DNA of 64,000 nucleotides from Bugula neritina. Lineage: Eukaryota; Animalia; Bryozoa. The translations under genes were made by a program, and so were the position numbers. Shown here piece by piece: positions 45,901 through 64,000 of this stretch; within the stretch, counting starts at the first letter, position 1; every line of letters begins with the position of its first letter. Below the pieces are notes generated by a model. It made no database searches and was not told the origin of the DNA. It worked only from the letters and a program-made list of their open reading frames with translations. Location: the NCBI GenBank assembly GCA_964035545.1, contig OZ037767.1:7022707-7086706 (forward strand), read 5' to 3'.

Positions 45901-48900
45901 GCTTTATTCACACTTCTTCACTAAGAACTGAAATATCATATGTTTAATTTTTTTTTCAATTCTACTATTGAAAATAGAGAATTATAGTTAATCTATCGTT
46001 GGTTTGAAAAAAAAAATTAATTTTTGATAATGTATATTATAAAGTACTGAGGGAAATTTTGCATGCAGTAGTTTATGAGTTCATAATTGCACTGCGAGTT
46101 GTTAACTTGCTTTCCTATAGTATACGCATACTTCAAGCAATATACACCATATTCTCCCACATTGCATCATATCATGCTGTTCATGTATCATTTTCTAATC
46201 TCCTCAGATTATGATTGCTGCTAAGAAATATTTCCAAGCTCAGCCCTCCCTGGTTGACATATCTGTACCAGAGGAAACCAAGTTCACGGTGTGTGGTGAC
46301 ATCCACGGCCAGTTCTACGACTTGCTGAACATATTTGAGCTCAACGGCAGGCCGTCCGCTGACAATCCTTATGTATCCTTTGACATCATTGCTGCCTGAC
46401 TCAGACCCCCTACTGATAGATTAACTAAGTGCTTCAATATATTATGCTTTAGCGTCCATGTTTCTTGGAATGTGAGTGGAAATGAGATACAATATACATT
46501 TATATGAATATTGTGGCTAGTTTGTGTAATGTTTCTCACCTAAAGTTATGATGATTTTCTCAACCAGTTGACGCATAAAGTGTTGGGGAAGCTGTGTTAG
46601 CAATTAATCACTTAATGCTCTTGGCAAGGCTGAGTATTATTTAGACTTCTGGTATTGTGGAGTTGTCTCCTTAACTGCTCGTTGTATACAGCTATTTAAT
46701 GGAGATTTCGTAGACCGAGGCTCCTTCTCTGTCGAGTGTATTCTCACTCTCTTTGGATACAAACTGCTCTATCCTGAAAGGTTCTACATGTCCAGAGGTG
46801 AGTTGCGACTTTTCTACTTCTCTGTGCGTTTCTTCACATTTACTTGCATCTAGTGATATGTAGGATTTTACTATATGTGAAAATTTATATAATTATTAAA
46901 CATTTACTCGGGTGAAATATGTTTGTTTAAATTTTGAATGGTTGAAATTTTACATCACAATATTTTTCTAATTATACAAAAGATGCAGTGTATACATGAC
47001 ACATATTTATGGTGTGTACAATAATATTAAGTAAACTCTAAGTTGTAGGTATGTTGACTAGTACCACAGAGTACATGTCATTTATTCTCTCCTGTGCAGT
47101 CTGTTACCAGGTGCAGCTGCTCAGCATGTCTACAGCGGCTGTCAGGTGTGCAATTACTAATGGAGTCATCTACTCTTTTCTGAGATTTGTTCTATTATCT
47201 TTAAAGGAAATCATGAGAGTGTGAATATGAATCAGATGTACGGATTTGAAGGGGAAGTAAAATCAAAGTATGCTGGATCACGTATGGTTGATTTGTACAC
47301 CGAGATATTCAACTGGCTACCTCTGTGTCACTGCATTGAGAATAAAATCCTAGTAAGTGCCTAGTCGATATCTCTACTCTTTCTAGTATCGCTACTCTTT
47401 CTAGTACTGCTTTAATGGCAATAACCTTTTTCATAAGCATGAAAGACAGAGATCTATTCATATTAAAACTTGTAAGCTCTATATAAATTGCCGTCACCCA
47501 TAACGGTGTTGAAATTGACAGCAAACTTAATCAATTTTTATATAATATAAATTTCCGGTGTTTAACAGAAGCTCCTGTTTTAATGATGCAGAGACCATAA
47601 TTCTGATTATTCTTATTCAGGTGATGCACGGTGGACTGTTTTCTGAAGATGGTGTAACTTTGCAGACTCTTCGGAATCTAGAAAGGAACAGACAGCCTCC
47701 AGATAGCGGTATAATATGTTTACTCTCTAGTTTAATCATTTATACTTCAATATACTTGTCTTCTCCTTTGTCTTATCACACAGCATCCATATTTTCCAGG
47801 GTTAATATATATTATAAAAATAGCATTTAAATGTTTTGCCTTTTGTGTTGATGCAACCTATAGAATTACTCAGGGCAAACAACTCCTGAGGCTTGTTATT
47901 GTGTGTGAAAGCCAAAGTTCAACATAAAATAATGGTTTTCTCTTTATACGATTTCTGTGTTTTAGTGTGATTTCAGTTTGTCTTTAATTAGCTGGCAATA
48001 GTAATTTTCATAAATAAAGATCTCAGTGTCATTATATCTGTGAATAGAACTAAATATTTCAATATGATAATAATTACTTAAATTACTTGATTCATCTTAT
48101 TGTAGGGCAAATCTTACTATATAACAATTATTTGTAAATATTTTATTTCTCTGGTTTTAATAATTTGTTTTATTGTATAGTGTCTAAATTACACGTTGCG
48201 CTCTAACATTTATCATTGTAATACATTTAAATATATCTGATGAGCTTGTTTACCTGAGTATGTCACCTTCCAACAATCTCTCTGACATCATGCCTTGGTT
48301 GCAGGTGCCATGTGTGACCTGCTATGGTCTGACCCTCAGCCTCAGCTCGGCAGATCTTCAAGTAAACGAGGGGTGGGCACTCAGTTTGGACCAGACGTCA
48401 CCAAAAGGTTTCTTAAGGAAAATAATTTAGACTACGTCATAAGAAGCCATGAAGTCAAACATGAGGGTTATGAGGTGATGCATGATGGAAAATGTATCAC
48501 AATTTTCTCGGCCCCCAATTACTGGTATGTTGAGAACTCATGTGTTGTGTTCATGTACATTATACTATGTTGTAATTGTAGCTGCTTTATAGGTCTGAAC
48601 TGAAGGAAAATTTTTGGTTTCCGTGGGATTTTTAATTGAAATTTTTAAAAATGGTGCATCACTTTTCAATATAAAGGGGCATAGTATTAATAGCCACTAA
48701 CTTTATCATTGGCCTTCCTAGGTTAAGTGCGAGTGTCCTCAGCTCTACCTGTATATCACTCCTGTGGTTTTTATTTATTTGATTGCAGATTTGGTCTCGA
48801 TTAAATTTCCACTAGCATCATGTGAGCTGGAGAATTTAGCAGCCCTAAATGTAGAGTCATTTAAGTAATTGACCTGTGCTAAGTCAGCAATTTTACCATA

Positions 48901-49982
48901 CGTATTTTGCATGCTGAGTGATAGACATTATTTCTTCTGGTATGTGTGCCAATATAATACATGCGCTAATATATTGTTTACAGTGACACCATGGGTAACA
49001 AAGGGGCTTTCATTACACTATCTGGTGAAGATCTCAAGCCAAATTTCACAACCTTTGAAGCAGTGGTAAGGGTTTTAGTAAATCATATTTCCATGTTTGA
49101 AGCTGCTTTGAAGCCAATCATGGGGTCTTTCAGTGATTATAGCTAGTGTATCATTGGTTGCACGGTGGTTTCATTACAAAGGAACACTGATTATAAGCTC
49201 TTAACAGTATTTATCAAAGGAATTAGAATTTTCATTACTCTGAAGATATCCACTAGTTCCTCATGTGTAGAACTCTGTTCAGCTGTAGCCAGTTTGAGGC
49301 ATGGAAGTAGTTCAACGTTTGATCTCAGTCTCTCTCAGCCAGTCCATCTTTTTGGCACAACCAATTGAAAATCATCAGATCAATCTGACATACTAAAGAA
49401 GAAGCAAAAGTTGCCAAAACCTACTGATACATAGTTCAAAATAAAGCTGTCAGTAACAAACTTGAATCGCATGACTAAGTAACAAAATAATACCTTACCA
49501 TTTACTAGTGAAAATAATTTCTACTAGTGCTATCAGTATTTGTGTTAGAAATTACCATTAGAGCAGCACTAGAATATCTAGTGGTACTGGAAAGAGTTGT
49601 GCAGAGGTGTATAGTCAATTTGATGAAAAATGAAGTTATCATCCCTTGAAAAATTAGCTGTAACTACCGTTTACACTGTACAGGTTCCCAATTATATGCA
49701 GCCAATTTTACTAACTCATACATAGGAATGCAACTACACAAGATTGCGACAATGAAAATACAATTACGCAACTCTCCAATCAAACTGGCTAAGATTGAAT
49801 TGAGAATAACTAATAATTATATTTTAAAATGTATGCATTGGTTGCAATGAGTATCAGTGTCTAACTGTTGATGTTTATTACCAATATTACTGCCTATTGT
49901 ATTGCACTTGTGACTTTTGCAGCCTCATCCCAAAGTTAAACCCATGGCCTATGCAAACCCGCTACTCAGTATGCTATCATGA
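42954..49982 (+). CDS. PPP5C: Serine/threonine protein phosphatase 5 (TPR + PPP catalytic domain), about 498 aa, 12 coding exons
   Basis: Exons 42954-43065, 44087-44256, 44912-44983, 45318-45471, 45757-45878, 46208-46372, 46692-46797, 47207-47352, 47621-47708, 48305-48524, 48984-49065, 49923-49982. Three TPRs; GDIHGQ, GDFVDRG, RGNHE, HGG, DLLWSDP, IRSHE, SAPNYC; C-terminal [12 protein letters not shown]. Confidence 0.97.
46373..46691 (+). other. U12-type (minor spliceosome) GT-AG intron in PPP5C
   Basis: 5' splice site GTATCCTTT; branch site TCCTTAAC at 46668-46675, 16 nt before the 3' splice site; no polypyrimidine tract. Confidence 0.93.
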
Positions 49983-51636
49983 TCAATCGTTCTTCCTCTG
50001 CTTTTGTTGGATTGAGTTTATTGTTACCATTGTTGCTCATTGCTCAAACTATTGGAGCTACACCAGCCTAGAGCGTCTACCAACCAACGGAAGATGCCAT
50101 ATTGTACGGTGTTCCATTTTATGGCTCTTGTAGAAAATTGAACAATTGCGGTCAGTTAAATTGACCTACATAATATTATTGTATATTGTAACTGACTAGG
50201 ATTTTATATATTTGTGCTATTATGTTTTATTGGACTGCATGCTGAACATTTGAAAACTTCACAAATCTTTATGCGCATGCTCTATAGATGCAACACATTT
50301 CTGTTTATCATTTGTGTTAAGAGCACTGAGCTAAGGCCACCATTTTACTGTTACCAAATTTACGAAACTAATTTTAAATTATTGAACTTTTCCTGTTAAT
50401 TTATGATTAGTTGATGTATAGAAAATCTGTTAGATTAATTTCTCCAATTGAGTCTAGTATAAGATAATTTGGGGACATAATTTTTTGCAGAGTTGGTTAA
50501 ACAAGTTCTCCAATGTTCATAATGTTTTATAAGGTTGAGTTTGCTAAAAAGTTGTGTAAATATACTCAAATTGCAGAAGTGAGACTTGGAAAGTTATTAG
50601 TTGACACTGTAGTGTACCAATACTCAAATACCACTTGTGAAAAAATTATTTCATTGTAATTTGAGTTTAACTTAAAATTACAACCAATTAGAAAGGGTTG
50701 CCCAACACATTTAAACAAAGTTTGAAGATTTCGTCCTTCACCTAGTATATAATATACTGTATATTTTCTCTAACTCAAAATACAATAAAAATATTCAGCG
50801 ATAAGTAGTAATAAGCAAAAGCACTCAACACCTAGTAAAATGAGATTTATGGACAAAATAAAAGATTCTAAATATGAAAATAATGTTTAAAAATATACAT
50901 CATTTCATTCGAGATGATAAAAATACTATCAGATTTTATGATTAATAATTTTACAGCTAAGCACAACATTCTAATGAGCAGGGCTATCTAAAATCTCAGT
51001 TCTTTGTAGTATGCAGGATAAAATAAATGTAATAAGATACCATCTTGTCAATTCTGAGCACAACGTTAAAAAAATTATGCCACAATATTGAAAATTATCA
51101 AGGTTATTCCAGAGGGACTCTCAAAGGCCAGTTCGACTACAACAATCAAGTAAAATGAAGCAGTCAACATCTATTAACGGCCTCTTCATGATGGGGCGTT
51201 TCCGTGAAAAATCAGCTACAGAAATGAATTATTTCTTGCTGACGAAAGCTTTGCATTCAATATTATAAAATTATTTGTAGCATTCAGTCTGGTGAAAATG
51301 CATAATTTTTGACCTCAACCAATCCAATATACAGGTTTTAAAAAATGTCTGGTTATTTAACGTGCAAAATTTACCATTTCTCAAGTCTACTTGTTTATGA
51401 AAAACAAACACGATATATATACACTAACTACACAGATAAGATGTCTGATTAATATTCTTGTTCATCACGTTGACTACATCATATCAATGCAAGATTCTAA
51501 TTTTCTTGAAACTATATCATAAAAAAATGCAGCAAATTAGTAAATAAAATTAACTTTTCAACATAATCGTACGAAATAGGTAGAACCTATTCTGGGTTTT
51601 TTACCTGTTGAACCTCATAAGTTCCATGCCATGTTT

Positions 51637-63061
<11,425 letters not shown>

Positions 63062-64000
63062 CTTAAATTAGCGAAAAGCAATTAACACAAATGAGATCGT
63101 CAAAATTGTTATAAATTTTTACTGGGAGGCAGAAACACAGACTTTATCTTCAAAAATACCTTTATGATTATTACAACCTTATAATTATTCACTGCAGGCC
63201 ACTAACTCTAGGACTAACAGTAGCTCTAAGACTAAGTGTAAGTATAAACCTTTATTATTGTTATCAAATTGAATTCAGTTTGAATTTGTTATAAATAATA
63301 AATATAATTAATTTATATACTTATAGTTATAGACTATAGTTATACTTATAGTTATAGTATAAAATTGAATATTTATATTAGTTCAAGTTGTAGCATTACT
63401 CAGTAAATGTAATTTACTGATACTCAGATAAACTTAAAGCAAATAATTAAAAAGTAATAACAGTACTAATAATAATATTAATATTAATAACTAACAGTAA
63501 CACTAATGGCAATAGTAAAATTTCAATTAGTAGATAATCATACTCATAATGATAATCACACTCACTGCTCAGTCTCACATTCACAGTGAATCACTAAATG
63601 GGATAATCATAATCATAATGATAATGATTAGGTTTAACTTCAAGTAATACTAACTTCAAGTAATACTAATAATCAAAATGCAATGTATTTATAAATATTA
63701 AAGATATTTATATTAATCGATTTAAAACTCTCTTAATCACGCGCACCGCAGCTGCAACCCTAGGCTTTTGCCAATAGGAATAAATTAACTGGGAACCTGG
63801 AAGTTGGGAAATAACGTCCGTGCAGAGGCTGCAGCAAAAGCCGGAGCCAAAGGATAGTAAGTAAATGGAATATTATTATATGTTTACTCACGTGGAGATA
63901 GATGAGACAATAATCAAGATCCTAGTGTATATTCGCAAATTATCATCATTATGTGGGTGTTTATTAGGGCTGTATTTTTCTATTACGCGAGCGAATGATA

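Overview
AT-rich, intron-containing invertebrate (metazoan) genomic DNA; the species cannot be fixed from the sequence alone. Six host genes can be assembled exon by exon with consistent intron phases: an ELOVL fatty-acid elongase (-, 7859-9912), NEK9 (+, 11929-22616), a small 224-aa gene with a TEX49/SPMIP11-like C-terminus (+, 24298-25519), an ankyrin-repeat SOCS-box gene (-, 26534-30179), PPP5C (+, 42954-49982, with a U12-type intron) and glycogen phosphorylase (-, 51637-63061). The 5' end of a seventh gene may lie at the left edge. Between the ankyrin/SOCS gene and PPP5C sit a 5'-truncated CR1/L2-group LINE (31048-32897, 7-bp TSD) and a young, full-length Ty3/Gypsy LTR retrotransposon (33060-41029). 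The Gypsy element has 392-bp LTRs differing at 2 sites, an ATAT TSD, a tRNA-Leu PBS and a T-TTA-AAC -1 frameshift site. It is the most unusual object in the window. Where env would sit, it carries a third ORF with an acidic/LxxLL region, two C2H2-type zinc fingers and a coiled coil. Its U3 is an array of CCGA/TCGG half-sites on an 8-bp period that folds into nested hairpins. The dyad CCGA-N3-TCGG also recurs at least six times inside the element, including the identical 11-mer CCGAATTTCGG three times in ORF3, in three different codon phases. This suggests (inference, untested) an element-encoded dimeric regulator with its own operator array. Other oddities are a triplicated, hairpin-masked splice acceptor in the phosphorylase gene, a hairpin tandem repeat across the NEK9 stop codon, a tRNA-SINE with an 18-bp TSD and a MITE upstream of PPP5C.
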